From Candidatus Saccharimonadota bacterium (GTDB lineage: Bacteria; Bacteroidota; Bacteroidia; Cytophagales; Amoebophilaceae): a stretch of DNA of 32,000 nt. The translations under genes and the position numbers were made by a program. The first letter of the stretch is position 1; every line of letters starts with the position of its first letter. Under the pieces are notes generated by a model. It searched no databases, was not told the DNA's origin, and saw nothing but the letters and a program-made list of their open reading frames with translations. The DNA lies in the NCBI RefSeq assembly GCF_003351905.1, contig NZ_CP022339.1, positions 480,001-512,000 on the forward strand. Direction: 5' to 3'. Shown piece after piece: positions 18,132-27,680 of the stretch.

Positions 18132-18719
18132 ATGCAACGGTTTATAAAATATTTTTCTATTGTATTGTTTATTGTTTTGGCAGATCAAGCCTCTAAGCTT
18201 TGGGTGTACAACCATATGGAAATGGGGACAGATGGGCACATTAATCTTTTGGGAAATATTTTTAAGCTTACCTATACCTTAAATCCTGGAATGGCATTTA
18301 GCATCCATCTAGGTTTTAAATATGGTAAGTTATTGATTACCACCTTCCGTGTTTTGGCTTCTTTATATATTTTTTGGCACATCATTCAATCCATCAGACG
18401 CCATACACCTGTTGCTTGGATCTGCGGATGGGCTTTGGTGTTAGGAGGTGCTATTGGCAATAGCATAGATAGTATTTTTTATGGTGTCTATCTGAATAAT
18501 GCACCTACTGATGCACCTATGAAATGGTTCTACGGACAGGTCATTGATATGCTACACATTGACCTTTGGTCTGGTGTGATGCCTAGTTGGCTACCTATTT
18601 GGGGCGGGTACTATATATATTGCCTACCTATTTTTAACATAGCTGATGTAGCTGTATCGGCTGGGTTAGCAGTTATTTTATGTCTGTTTCATGGAACTCC
18701 TCATCCCAAACCTTACTGA
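18132..18719 (+). CDS. lspA: Lipoprotein signal peptidase (signal peptidase II), copy 2, tandem paralog
   Basis: Contains ADQASK, LNPGMAFS, GGAIGNSIDS and PIFNIAD. It is collinear with copy 1 over the whole length and starts 12 nt after the copy 1 stop. Confidence 0.85.
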   Translation: MQRFIKYFSIVLFIVLADQASKLWVYNHMEMGTDGHINLLGNIFKLTYTLNPGMAFSIHLGFKYGKLLITTFRVLASLYIFWHIIQSIRRHTPVAWICGWALVLGGAIGNSIDSIFYGVYLNNAPTDAPMKWFYGQVIDMLHIDLWSGVMPSWLPIWGGYYIYCLPIFNIADVAVSAGLAVILCLFHGTPHPKPY

Positions 18720-18754
18720 TAAGGTTAAAAATGACTTATTGGCTGAATAAATAT

Positions 18755-19402
18755 TTAGCCTAAAATGAGGTCCATATGTTTTTGTACATAATCCAGCGCA
18801 CATCCACTTCTTGTAATGCTAAAAGAGCCTTTAACAGAAAGGTCCACAATGGTAGAACCCAACCGCATCGGATCGATGGCACCCAAAGTACCTCCATCAA
18901 AAACGGCGTCCAATTTAGGCCAGAGCTGCTTAAATTCCTGCACATGTAAACAACTGGGTTCACTACTTTTATTGGCACTGGTTAGTGCAATCGCTGCATT
19001 ACATATGCGCATAACATCCATCATGAATGGGTGATCTGGCATTCTAATGCCAACCAAATTTGTTTTGGGAACCAAACTTTTATTAAAATATGGTAATGCT
19101 TCGAAAAGAAGCGTAACCGGACCAGGGAGCAATGCGTTAAGCAAAGGCGTAATGGTTGCGTCTATCTTGCCATATCTAGATAGCGCTTGAATAGATCCAA
19201 TACAAATGGCAATGGGTTTATCATTGCTACGCTGTTTGAGCTGAAATAATCTTTTTACTGCCTTTTTATTTTTAGCCAAACAGGCCAGGCCATAAACCGT
19301 ATCGGTAGGTACAGCGATTACACATCCTCTATTAAGTAAGCATGCAGCGTGTTGAGCAGCAGATAGATTAGAGATGTCTAATGGAATGTTTTTTATGTAC
19401 AT
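18755..19402 (-). CDS. tsaC: L-threonylcarbamoyladenylate synthase (YrdC/Sua5 family)
   Basis: 215 aa with the YrdC-domain pattern VIAVPTDTVYGLAC...SNDKPIAICI...GPVTLL...SANKSSEP. Confidence 0.8.
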   Translation of the reverse strand: MYIKNIPLDISNLSAAQHAACLLNRGCVIAVPTDTVYGLACLAKNKKAVKRLFQLKQRSNDKPIAICIGSIQALSRYGKIDATITPLLNALLPGPVTLLFEALPYFNKSLVPKTNLVGIRMPDHPFMMDVMRICNAAIALTSANKSSEPSCLHVQEFKQLWPKLDAVFDGGTLGAIDPMRLGSTIVDLSVKGSFSITRSGCALDYVQKHMDLILG

Positions 19403-20667
19403 GGATACTGTTCTATGTTCTCCACAAATGATTCACATGCCTTGGCCAGATATTTTAAAAACCCTCCCCCTATGGCTCCATCTATAATCCGGTGGTCGTA
19501 GGTATGGGATAGGAAAAGTTCATCACGAATCGCTATGGTCTCTTTTCCCCCTATATGGACCACAGCAGGGCGTTTTTCAATAAGACCCAAGGCAAGGATC
19601 GCTACCTGTGGCTGCACAATAATAGGTGTGCCCATCAGGTTATCAAAGCAACCGATATTAGAAATGGTATAGCTGGCACCGGTTAATGCGTCTGGCCGAA
19701 TCGTCCCATTACGTGCTTGATGGACTAAAGCATCGATCTGTCGCGCCAATGGTACCAACCCAAGCTGCTCTACTTGATGGACCACAGGAACCACTACATT
19801 ACCATTTGGTAGTGCTACTGCAAAACCTATATTAATATGCTTGCGTTTGATAATCTGATCATCTGCCACTACCGCATTGAGCAACGGGAAGTGCTGTAAG
19901 GCACGTGCAATCATTACCATAAAAATAGGGTTGTAACTCAATTTAATCCCATGTTTTTCTTCAAAAATGGTCTTATGTTGATTTCTCCAGGCAACAAGTT
20001 CCGTTACATCGGCACGTATAAAAGAGGTAACATGCGGCGCTATTTTCTTAGATGCTACCATGCGATCTGCAATTAGTTTTCTTACACGATCCATTTGGGT
20101 CACTTCATCTCCTTCTAGTGGCGTAACGGTCTCATGAAATAAATGGTGATTCGTAGTATGCGTATCTATAGGTAGGTGTACACTTAAATAGTCTGCAATC
20201 GCTGATTTGGTCACCCGATTGTCCCTAGTATCCCCCGCTAATCTTGTTAGCACATCTGATGGAATCAGATGCTTGTGGGCCATATGCTTGGCTACAGGCG
20301 TGAGTTTTACCTGGCTATAGATAGGCAAAGATGCTATTCCCCTATTAGGTGATGGGGTAATAGCTGTTACAGTAGGTTTTGGGTCTACAAAAGATGGTTC
20401 ATGGGTTGTAGCTGGTACAGCTCCATTTTCCACCTCTAATAAAGCAATCGGTGCGCCAATGGCGACCACTTCTCCTTTGCTGACCAATAATTTTTTAATC
20501 TTACCAGAGTAAGCAGCAGGAATCTCTGCATCAACTTTATCTGTGGCCACTTCCAACAGAGGTGCCCCTTCCATCACTACTTCTTCCTCTTTGACACACC
20601 AATGCAATACGATAGCTTCTACCACACTTTCACCCATTTTAGGTAAATAAAGCGTTATTAAGGACAT
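19393..20667 (-). CDS. Dihydrolipoamide acyltransferase, E2 component of a 2-oxoacid dehydrogenase complex
   Basis: Contains a lipoyl domain (EVATDKVDAEIPA), a peripheral-subunit-binding segment (TPVAKHMAHKHLI) and the catalytic motif SHTYDHRIIDGA. The ATG at 20667 is preferred over the GTG at 20676. The stop overlaps the tsaC start by 10 nt. Confidence 0.85.
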   Translation of the reverse strand: MSLITLYLPKMGESVVEAIVLHWCVKEEEVVMEGAPLLEVATDKVDAEIPAAYSGKIKKLLVSKGEVVAIGAPIALLEVENGAVPATTHEPSFVDPKPTVTAITPSPNRGIASLPIYSQVKLTPVAKHMAHKHLIPSDVLTRLAGDTRDNRVTKSAIADYLSVHLPIDTHTTNHHLFHETVTPLEGDEVTQMDRVRKLIADRMVASKKIAPHVTSFIRADVTELVAWRNQHKTIFEEKHGIKLSYNPIFMVMIARALQHFPLLNAVVADDQIIKRKHINIGFAVALPNGNVVVPVVHQVEQLGLVPLARQIDALVHQARNGTIRPDALTGASYTISNIGCFDNLMGTPIIVQPQVAILALGLIEKRPAVVHIGGKETIAIRDELFLSHTYDHRIIDGAIGGGFLKYLAKACESFVENIEQYPCT

Positions 20668-20701
20668 ACCAACCACACTTAAAAAATTTAAACCCTTACC
20701 A

Positions 20702-21193
20702 TTAGTCCGTTGGGCTATGATGGGTCGTGGAGATTAGGGAGCGCTCTTTTTTCTCCATTAAAGAAGAGAGGTATTCAGCCAGCTGCTTCAATGCTTTCCC
20801 GAGCTGATTTTTATCCAGGCTATCGGGTAGCTTTCCTATATCCTGTTCCAGGTTGCATAATTGGTTATGCATATCAATTAATAGCGTTTGTGCAATTGGA
20901 TGCCCTATAATCTTTTGACGGGCGATTAGTTGTGGTATTAGACCTACAAGTAATTGATACGGCTTTGTGAGATCTTTAGGATGATCAGCTGCTTTGCTGA
21001 GTATATTTCCATGTTCATCCACTTCCTGATACTTGCCTGTAATATACGCGGATGCCTCTACCAGAGGTCTCATCAGCTCATCGCGCAACAACAGCTCGCT
21101 GCCCTTATTACCTTTTAGACAGGAAGTAAAATAAACAGTTGTCACGCATAACAGCGTCCAATATTGTATGAAATAAAATAATCTTAAGCGCAT
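20702..21193 (-). CDS. Hypothetical protein, probable lipoprotein
   Basis: 163 aa with a signal peptide ending in the lipobox-like YFTSC. I recognise no domain. Confidence 0.5.
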   Translation of the reverse strand: MRLRLFYFIQYWTLLCVTTVYFTSCLKGNKGSELLLRDELMRPLVEASAYITGKYQEVDEHGNILSKAADHPKDLTKPYQLLVGLIPQLIARQKIIGHPIAQTLLIDMHNQLCNLEQDIGKLPDSLDKNQLGKALKQLAEYLSSLMEKKERSLISTTHHSPTD

Positions 21194-21284
21194 GGCATAT
21201 AGTGGCTAAGTCAGGCCAAAAAAGGTAGATAGAGCCTGTAAAGATAGATGCTTAATTATAGCGTTAAAAAATTTAAAAAATTGG

Positions 21285-21301
21285 CCTGGTTTGTAACCAG
21301 G
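21285..21301 (-). terminator. Candidate intrinsic terminator downstream of mgtE
   Basis: The minus strand reads TAG-tc-CCTGGTT-aca-AACCAGG-ccaattttttaaatttttt. This is a 7-bp stem with a 3-nt loop, followed by T-runs, immediately after the stop codon. Confidence 0.45.
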
Positions 21302-21302
21302 A

Positions 21303-22694
21303 CTAACAGCTACTGACTGGATAAATAAGCCAATAGATGATTATATAATAAATGAGTACGCCCAATAATTCTACAGTTGTATTAATGGCAGGGCTTGCCG
21401 CTACGGCAGGATCTCCATTAAAGTACTTAGCGGCCAGCGGGAAAGCCGCTCCAATAAAAGCAGAAAAAATAACTTGTAATACAATACTCAAGGCTACTAC
21501 AAACATTACCTGATAGTGTCTATTGGTCTCTACATCCAGGCTAGAAGTTAAGAATACTTTAATATAAGCAAGAAAAAATAAAACAGAAGCCAACATAATG
21601 GCAATCCTTAATTCCTTTAAGATAATCCTTACCCAATCAGATAGCGTGACTTGGCCGCGATTCAATGCCTGGAGCACTACTGAAGCAACTTGGCTGCCTA
21701 CATTGCCTCCAGTATCCGTAATCATGCTCAAATAAAAAATTAGATTAAATTGGTTAAAAAGCGTGCTTTTAGCATGTGTAAAAGAATGACTTACAATGCT
21801 GGCTATAAATACTACTACAATCCATTTGATGCGTTTCTTAAGGTGTTGTAGACTAGATACCTTGAGATAATCGGGTGCATCTTCTTCCGAAGTAATACCC
21901 ATAAACTTATCCATATCCTCTACTTGTTCCGCCCTGATAATATCTATAGCATCGTCATAGCTGACAATACCTACAATTTGCTCTTCTTGATTGAGAATAG
22001 GAATAGCTACCAAATCATATTGTTCAATTTTTTTGGCAACAACTTCTTGATCCTCATCAACCGTAGCATAAACAAAATTTACATTGAGTATGGTCTCTAT
22101 TTTTTCTTGAGGAGAACGCATCACCAAGTCTTTTAAAGAAATAAAGCCAACTAGTTTCATCTTTTCATCTACTACATAAATGTAGTACAGCATCTTTTTA
22201 GAGGGTGCATCCTCCCGGATTTTAGCGATGGCCTCTTCTACCGTCATTGAATTTAAGACCGTTGCAAAATCTGTATTCATAATACCCCCCGCCGTATCTG
22301 GTACATAGGCACTGAGCATAATCACATCTTCTCGTACCTTTCTGCTCAAATAGGGTAATAAACGCGCATGGTCTTTACTATTCAGTCGTTGGTAAAAATC
22401 AACACGCAGATCAGAAGGCATACAAGAAAAGATCTTTGCAAAACTACTTTTTGGAATGCTATGGTAGATTTGCATCTGCAATTCACTGTCCTTCAATAAG
22501 GCAAATATTTCCCCTTTTCGTGCGATAGATAAGGTGCTAAATATGCCTATAACCAACTCAAAAGATTGCTTTTCAAAGAATCTAGCCACCTCTATAGGTG
22601 ATGCACGCTCCAAACAATAGGTCAACCGCTTCTCCTGCTGCTGCTTGAGTAAACGCATCCACTTAAAAAACTTATGTTCCCCTTTTAGTTTCAT
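21303..22694 (-). CDS. mgtE: Magnesium transporter MgtE
   Basis: Contains an MgtE N-domain, two CBS-like repeats (VVDEKMKLVGFISLKDLV; ILNQEEQIVGIVSYDDAIDI) and a membrane domain with DTGGNVGSQ. The track start is a TTG at 22793. I prefer the ATG at 22694 (MKLKGEH..), giving 463 aa. Confidence 0.85.
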   Translation of the reverse strand: MKLKGEHKFFKWMRLLKQQQEKRLTYCLERASPIEVARFFEKQSFELVIGIFSTLSIARKGEIFALLKDSELQMQIYHSIPKSSFAKIFSCMPSDLRVDFYQRLNSKDHARLLPYLSRKVREDVIMLSAYVPDTAGGIMNTDFATVLNSMTVEEAIAKIREDAPSKKMLYYIYVVDEKMKLVGFISLKDLVMRSPQEKIETILNVNFVYATVDEDQEVVAKKIEQYDLVAIPILNQEEQIVGIVSYDDAIDIIRAEQVEDMDKFMGITSEEDAPDYLKVSSLQHLKKRIKWIVVVFIASIVSHSFTHAKSTLFNQFNLIFYLSMITDTGGNVGSQVASVVLQALNRGQVTLSDWVRIILKELRIAIMLASVLFFLAYIKVFLTSSLDVETNRHYQVMFVVALSIVLQVIFSAFIGAAFPLAAKYFNGDPAVAASPAINTTVELLGVLIYYIIIYWLIYPVSSC

Positions 22695-22974
22695 AATCGT
22701 AGTTTTTTGGTTCCATATGGTACAACCATGCTTAACAAGCCTAGATGAGAGAATAGATTTATAAAAATCCTCTAAAAGAACGAGCGTAGCCAAAGAAGCC
22801 CTGCAATAAAAAACAACATGGTTCCCAGACTAAAACATAGCCCCCACCTATGCTAACTACAAGTAGAGTCAAGAAGAAGACTTAACGAAAGGTAAATTTA
22901 AGAGAATCTGAAGTAAATTACCAATAGGTAAATCTAAAATTATATACATTATATAATATAAAACGCAACACACC

Positions 22975-23070
22975 ATCAGGGGAAGCCTGGTTGAATAACA
23001 AGGTGGACCTCCTCTCTGGCCAAGGGCTAATCACTCAGCCAGAACCGAGTTTTCCATTAGTAAGAGTAAC
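22975..23070 (-). pseudogene. Possible second, more degraded transposase C-terminal remnant
   Basis: Minus-strand translation gives ..KTRFWLSD*PLAREEVHLVIQPGFP*, preceded by TLTNG in another frame. At the DNA level, caaggtggacctcctctctgg resembles caagagaggacctcttctagg of the 7609-7734 remnant. The patch looks G+C-richer than its flanks by eye. Confidence 0.3.
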
Positions 23071-23212
23071 CATGGATGAAAAAAATCAATTGTGCAACTG
23101 GTTGCTAACCCAATAGGTAAAAAATAAGCTATGGTAGGGTTGTGTATACCAGTAGGTACAATCTGTGTAGATAGGTGGGTCATTATGATTTGGTTTAATA
23201 GATTAAACAAAA

Positions 23213-23220
23213 TATATTTG
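23213..23220 (+). promoter_or_regulatory. Bacteroidota-type -7 promoter box (TAnnTTTG) for secDF
   Basis: TATATTTG ends 30 nt upstream of the secDF ATG. No Shine-Dalgarno sequence is present. Confidence 0.5.
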
Positions 23221-23250
23221 TTTGAATCTGTTTAAACTTGTTTAAATCCA

Positions 23251-26118
23251 ATGCAATCTAAAAAAATAGTACTTTGTCTGACCATTGTTATTTCCTCGCT
23301 TTCACTCTATTATCTCTCTTTTACCTTTGTAGACTATCGGGTACAAGGCCAAGCGGAGCAACAAGCCATAGATGCACAGGGCAGGATAGACTTTGATAAA
23401 CGTCAAGCTTATTTAATGGATGTATGGAAAAAGCCGGTTTACAATTTGTTTGGTTCTGTTTATACCTACGAAGCGGTCAAAGAGCGTGCACTTAAGCTTG
23501 GGTTAGACTTGCAAGGTGGCATGAATGTCACCATGGAGCTTGTTCCTGTAGCGCTTGTAAAAGGATTGGCCGCCTATACGACAGATGCACATTTTTTAGA
23601 AGCCCTTCAATCGGCACAACAGGTGCGCAAACCGGGTGACTCATTTGGTAAGCTTTTTGTATCGGCTTATAAAAGGCTTGCCCCGAACGGAAATCTAACC
23701 GATATTTTTACTGCTGCTGGGGTAAGGTCTTTTTCTTGTGAAGAGGATATTATAAAAACCATTGATCAAGAAATTACAAAGGCCTTAGATCGTTCGCTGA
23801 CCATTATAAGTGCTAGGTTAGATCGCTTTGGCGCTACACAAACCAGTATCCAAAAGTTATCTGGCAGTGAAAGAATTCAAATAGAGTTGCCAGGTGTTAC
23901 CCATCCCGATCGGGTTAGAAAATTGCTACAGGGTGTAGCGCAGTTGCGTTTCTGGACTGTAGCGGAAGCTGATGCCTATCGTTCCGCATTAGAAGCTGTG
24001 AATGCCTTGTTATTGAAGAAAGAGAAAGCAACTATATCCGCAACCCTTGGGCTTACAGATGCCGAAAAAACAGAGCGCATGCCCAAGGAATCGATACTCA
24101 AAAGGCTTTGTAAAGCCCCTTTCCCTTATATGTTAGCCTATGCGCCTGAAGAGATGAACCGAATAGAGGCCCTGCTGCGCAGCAAAGAAGTGAAAGCTTT
24201 ATTACCCAAAGAGATTACCTGGATGTGGGACAGAAAAGCACAAGCCCTAAACGATGGTACGCAGGTGGTAACCCTTTATGCAATTCAACGCACCAGAGAC
24301 CAGAAGCCCCTTTTAGAAGGTGATATTATTACACATGCGGCTCAAGACATTGATCAAAATAGTGGGAAGCCAATAGTAAATATAAAAATGAATCAGAAAG
24401 GGGCACACGCCTGGAAACGCATCACGGCAAGTCATATTGACAAACGTATCGCAATCGTTTTAGATGATCGGGTCTATTCTGCGCCAGTAGTCCATCAAGA
24501 AATTCCAAATGGGAACTCCCAGATATCTGGTCATTTTACGATAGAAGAGGCCAAAGATTTAGCCAGTGTATTGGCAACAGGTTCTTTGCCAGCGCCACTT
24601 AAAATGGTAGAAGAAGCAATTATAGGGCCTAGTTTGGGTAAAGTAGCCCAAAAACAAGGCCTGGTGGCCACAGCCGTAGGTTTGGGCCTGGTGTTGCTTT
24701 TTATGTTCATTTATTATGCAAAAGGGGGGCTTATAGCCAATGTAGCCCTCTTATTTAATTTACTATTTATTATGGGTATTTTAGCGGAATTGGATGCTAC
24801 GTTAACCCTGCCCGGTATTGCTGGCTTGGTCCTTACCATTGGTATGTCTATTGATGCGAATGTATTGATATTTGAACGGATACGAGAAGAACGCATGCAA
24901 AAAGTGCATATTAAAGAAGCCATCCAGCGGGGGTATGCCAAATCATATAGCTCTATTATTGATGCCAATATTACCACTTTTCTTGCTGGCGTAATACTTT
25001 ATTATTTGGGGCAGGGGCCGGTTCGTGGTTTTGCCCTTGTCTTAATGATTGGCATCATCAGTTCTGTATTCGCTTCTATATGTATTACTAGGTTGATTTT
25101 CTCCTACTTTATGGATCACTATCGTACCCCAAAATTGACCTTTTCGTATCCATGCCTACCTATGCTTTTTAAAAATGTGCAGATTGATTTTATCAAAAAT
25201 CGTTTCCGTTTTTACGCATGTTCTTTATTATTCATAGCCATTGGCGCTTGCTGCTTTTACCACTATAAGGGGCTCTCCCTGGGCGTAGATTTCGCTGGAG
25301 GTCGTTCCTATACGGTCCATTTTGCTAAGCCTATAGAGGCCTCTATACTTAAGGAGGGGCTATCTGCTCAATTTAAGCAAGGCGTAGAGGTGCGTACCTA
25401 TGGGGCCAATAATGTAATGCAAATCACAACCAACTATTTGTGCAACGAGGATATGACTACCTCCGATGCAAAGGTACGCAACAAACTAGTTACTGCGTTG
25501 AAAACCTTAACCAAATTGGAAGAACAGCATACCTCGGCAGCTGACCATTCCTTTGCGATTACCAGTAGTACCAAAGTGGGCGCTACTGTGGCACAAGATG
25601 TGCAAAAAAGTGCAAAAAAAGCCATGGTGCTTTCCATATTGGGTATATTTCTTTATATTACTTTTCGCTTCAGAAGGTGGGGATTTGGCTTAGCAGCTGT
25701 GTTGGCCCTTATGCATGATGCCTTGGCGGTCATAGCTGGATTTTGTATCGCACGTGCTTTTGGCATGAGTTATGAAGTCAATGAAGTCTTCTTAGCTGCT
25801 ATGCTTACGGTTATTGGCTATTCCATAAATGATACAGTGGTTATCTTTGACCGTATAAGGGAAAGGTTAGCCAATAAGGCTACGGATGTATCCACGTCCA
25901 TGATTAATGATGCGATTGGAGAAACATTAAGTAGGACAGTTATTACCTCTTTTACAACCTTATTAACTGTCGTTGTGCTGTTCTTCTTTGGGGGAGAAGC
26001 ATTACGGAGCTTTTCTTTTGCATTATTACTAGGTGTACTGTTTGGCACTTATTCTTCTATCTGCATTGCAGCCCCTCTTTTAGCAGATTTTGGTCGCAGG
26101 TTTGCTATTACCAAATAG
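23251..26118 (+). CDS. secDF: Fused protein-export membrane protein SecDF
   Basis: 955 aa. The SecD part contains LGLDLQGG, a large periplasmic domain and a 6-TM block with SIDANVLIFERIRE. The SecF part contains LGVDFAGG and a second 6-TM block with SINDTVVIFDRIRE. Confidence 0.92.
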   Translation: MQSKKIVLCLTIVISSLSLYYLSFTFVDYRVQGQAEQQAIDAQGRIDFDKRQAYLMDVWKKPVYNLFGSVYTYEAVKERALKLGLDLQGGMNVTMELVPVALVKGLAAYTTDAHFLEALQSAQQVRKPGDSFGKLFVSAYKRLAPNGNLTDIFTAAGVRSFSCEEDIIKTIDQEITKALDRSLTIISARLDRFGATQTSIQKLSGSERIQIELPGVTHPDRVRKLLQGVAQLRFWTVAEADAYRSALEAVNALLLKKEKATISATLGLTDAEKTERMPKESILKRLCKAPFPYMLAYAPEEMNRIEALLRSKEVKALLPKEITWMWDRKAQALNDGTQVVTLYAIQRTRDQKPLLEGDIITHAAQDIDQNSGKPIVNIKMNQKGAHAWKRITASHIDKRIAIVLDDRVYSAPVVHQEIPNGNSQISGHFTIEEAKDLASVLATGSLPAPLKMVEEAIIGPSLGKVAQKQGLVATAVGLGLVLLFMFIYYAKGGLIANVALLFNLLFIMGILAELDATLTLPGIAGLVLTIGMSIDANVLIFERIREERMQKVHIKEAIQRGYAKSYSSIIDANITTFLAGVILYYLGQGPVRGFALVLMIGIISSVFASICITRLIFSYFMDHYRTPKLTFSYPCLPMLFKNVQIDFIKNRFRFYACSLLFIAIGACCFYHYKGLSLGVDFAGGRSYTVHFAKPIEASILKEGLSAQFKQGVEVRTYGANNVMQITTNYLCNEDMTTSDAKVRNKLVTALKTLTKLEEQHTSAADHSFAITSSTKVGATVAQDVQKSAKKAMVLSILGIFLYITFRFRRWGFGLAAVLALMHDALAVIAGFCIARAFGMSYEVNEVFLAAMLTVIGYSINDTVVIFDRIRERLANKATDVSTSMINDAIGETLSRTVITSFTTLLTVVVLFFFGGEALRSFSFALLLGVLFGTYSSICIAAPLLADFGRRFAITK

Positions 26119-26334
26119 TAAATCACAACCAAATACCATAATCGATAACGTAGTCGCCTACCATAGGTCGCTTTTGCAACTTATTTATGGCAAGCAATTT
26201 TTAGAGGCAGTTCCGTCGTGCACCGCAGCATACTTAGCGCTATTTGAGGAGCCTAGACAAGCCCCAATAGTCATGAGTTAATTGCATTCCGCAAGCGGGC
26301 CTATTAAGGCATTATAACCCAAATAAAGTAAGGT

Positions 26335-27552
26335 ATGTCTATGAAAATAAAACACATTATTCCTATTTATATGGTCTTAAATGGCCTGGGTACAATAGTA
26401 CCTACTATTTTAGTACTTGGTTTTTCAATCACTTTGTTTGAACAAGATAGCAGTGGTGTTTCTGCAGCTTATTTGGAACCAGCTAGTTTGTTAGGAATTG
26501 GCTTTGCTGGTTTAATTGGCGGGTTTTTTTTCAAACGTTTTTCTTCCTATACCATAGGAATAGGTGCACTCTTATGTGCAATTGCTATCTTGTTCATCTT
26601 GTCGGTATATAATGATGTGAATCTACGCGTTTGTACCCTCACATTATGGGCCCTTGCTTGCATTATGAGTATTGAACATTCCAATGGTCTTGCTTTTATG
26701 AGTAGGCAAATAGGGGCGCATGATAAGCCTTTCTTTTTTTCCACTTTTCAAATTTTTTTGCAGTTTTTTAATGTGTTGGCACCTATAGTAGCCAAAAACT
26801 TACTGGCCATTATGGGATTGAAAATGCTTCTGTTACTTTGTAGTGGTATCTACATTTTTCGTATCATACCCTGGCAATTGCTCCGAGACCTTGGTGCAAA
26901 AGAAATGGCGGTACAGCCATCTGGTATGTTGACAGGCTTTAAGGAAATCGTTCAAAACCCTGGCCTATTACGTATCACGACCTTTCGTCTGGTGAGCTAT
27001 ATTGCAACGATAGCCTATACGGTCAGTCTGCCCATTCTGGTTGCCAGAATGGCTAACGACAATAGCGAAATCAATGCACAATTGCATAGCTATAGCATCA
27101 GTTTGATGCACCTAGGCTTTATTGTAAGTGGCATATTTGGTTCATGGATCTTAAAAAGAAGACCTAAGTGTATTATTTGTTTTTTTAATATTAGTCCTAT
27201 TTGTATCGTAGTAGCTTCGATTATCGCTTTTTATGTGCGGCAGCCAGGTTATCTTCAGGCAACGGCATTATTGTATGGCATGGGACTCTATTTATTCAGA
27301 ACGGCTATTGCGATTATAGGGCAAGCTTTAACGCAAAAAGACAAACTCGCCCATGTTATTTTAGTGGGGGATGCAGTGGTGAAATCTTTTGCTTATTGCA
27401 TTGGTGCTTTGGTACCATTTTGGATTGTGCTTCCGCCTGTATGGGGTATAGCCCCTCCGTTTGTAGGGTTTGTCTTATGCTCTTTGCTTTCATTGGGTAT
27501 GATCAAACCGATCACTAAAATATATTTGGCATCTTTGTGCAAAAGAAAATAA
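26335..27552 (+). CDS. Polytopic membrane transporter, probably MFS-type
   Basis: 405 aa with ~12 predicted hydrophobic helices in two halves separated by a cytoplasmic loop (LRDLGAKEMAVQPSG). I did not see a canonical DRxGRR motif. Confidence 0.5.
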   Translation: MSMKIKHIIPIYMVLNGLGTIVPTILVLGFSITLFEQDSSGVSAAYLEPASLLGIGFAGLIGGFFFKRFSSYTIGIGALLCAIAILFILSVYNDVNLRVCTLTLWALACIMSIEHSNGLAFMSRQIGAHDKPFFFSTFQIFLQFFNVLAPIVAKNLLAIMGLKMLLLLCSGIYIFRIIPWQLLRDLGAKEMAVQPSGMLTGFKEIVQNPGLLRITTFRLVSYIATIAYTVSLPILVARMANDNSEINAQLHSYSISLMHLGFIVSGIFGSWILKRRPKCIICFFNISPICIVVASIIAFYVRQPGYLQATALLYGMGLYLFRTAIAIIGQALTQKDKLAHVILVGDAVVKSFAYCIGALVPFWIVLPPVWGIAPPFVGFVLCSLLSLGMIKPITKIYLASLCKRK

Positions 27553-27573
27553 TACCAAGTAAAGGCATATCGA

Positions 27574-27638
27574 TGGCTACTTTCTTATCAAGCAAAAGGT
27601 TAACCTAATGATGTCTTACAACGCTTCTATGGCAATGG
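27574..27638 (-). repeat. Degenerate copy D of the intergenic hairpin repeat family, same orientation as copy C
   Basis: ggctactttcttatcaagcaaaaggttaacctaatgatgtcttacaacgcttctatggcaatgg aligns by eye with copy C (ggttacttccttatcaaggaaaaagtagaaataaaaatgccttacgaagcaatgg). It lies between convergent genes. Confidence 0.4.
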
Positions 27639-27680
27639 GCCTAATAGGGAAGTTTGTGCTTGTTTTGTTTGTTGTATGCT

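Noticed and set aside
18741-18760. ggctgaat-aaat-atttagcc hairpin between convergent lspA copy 2 and tsaC, as a possible bidirectional terminator.
   Set aside because: The stem is A/T-rich with a G-U pair, overlaps the tsaC stop codon and lacks a clear T-tract on the plus side. This is too weak to call.
22975-23070. Candidate structured ncRNA (SRP-RNA-like GGAA hairpin) or M-box riboswitch in the mgtE 5' region.
   Set aside because: I could not fit conserved SRP domain IV or M-box elements. Translation and DNA similarity to the 7609-7734 fragment favour a degraded IS remnant. It is kept only as a low-confidence feature.
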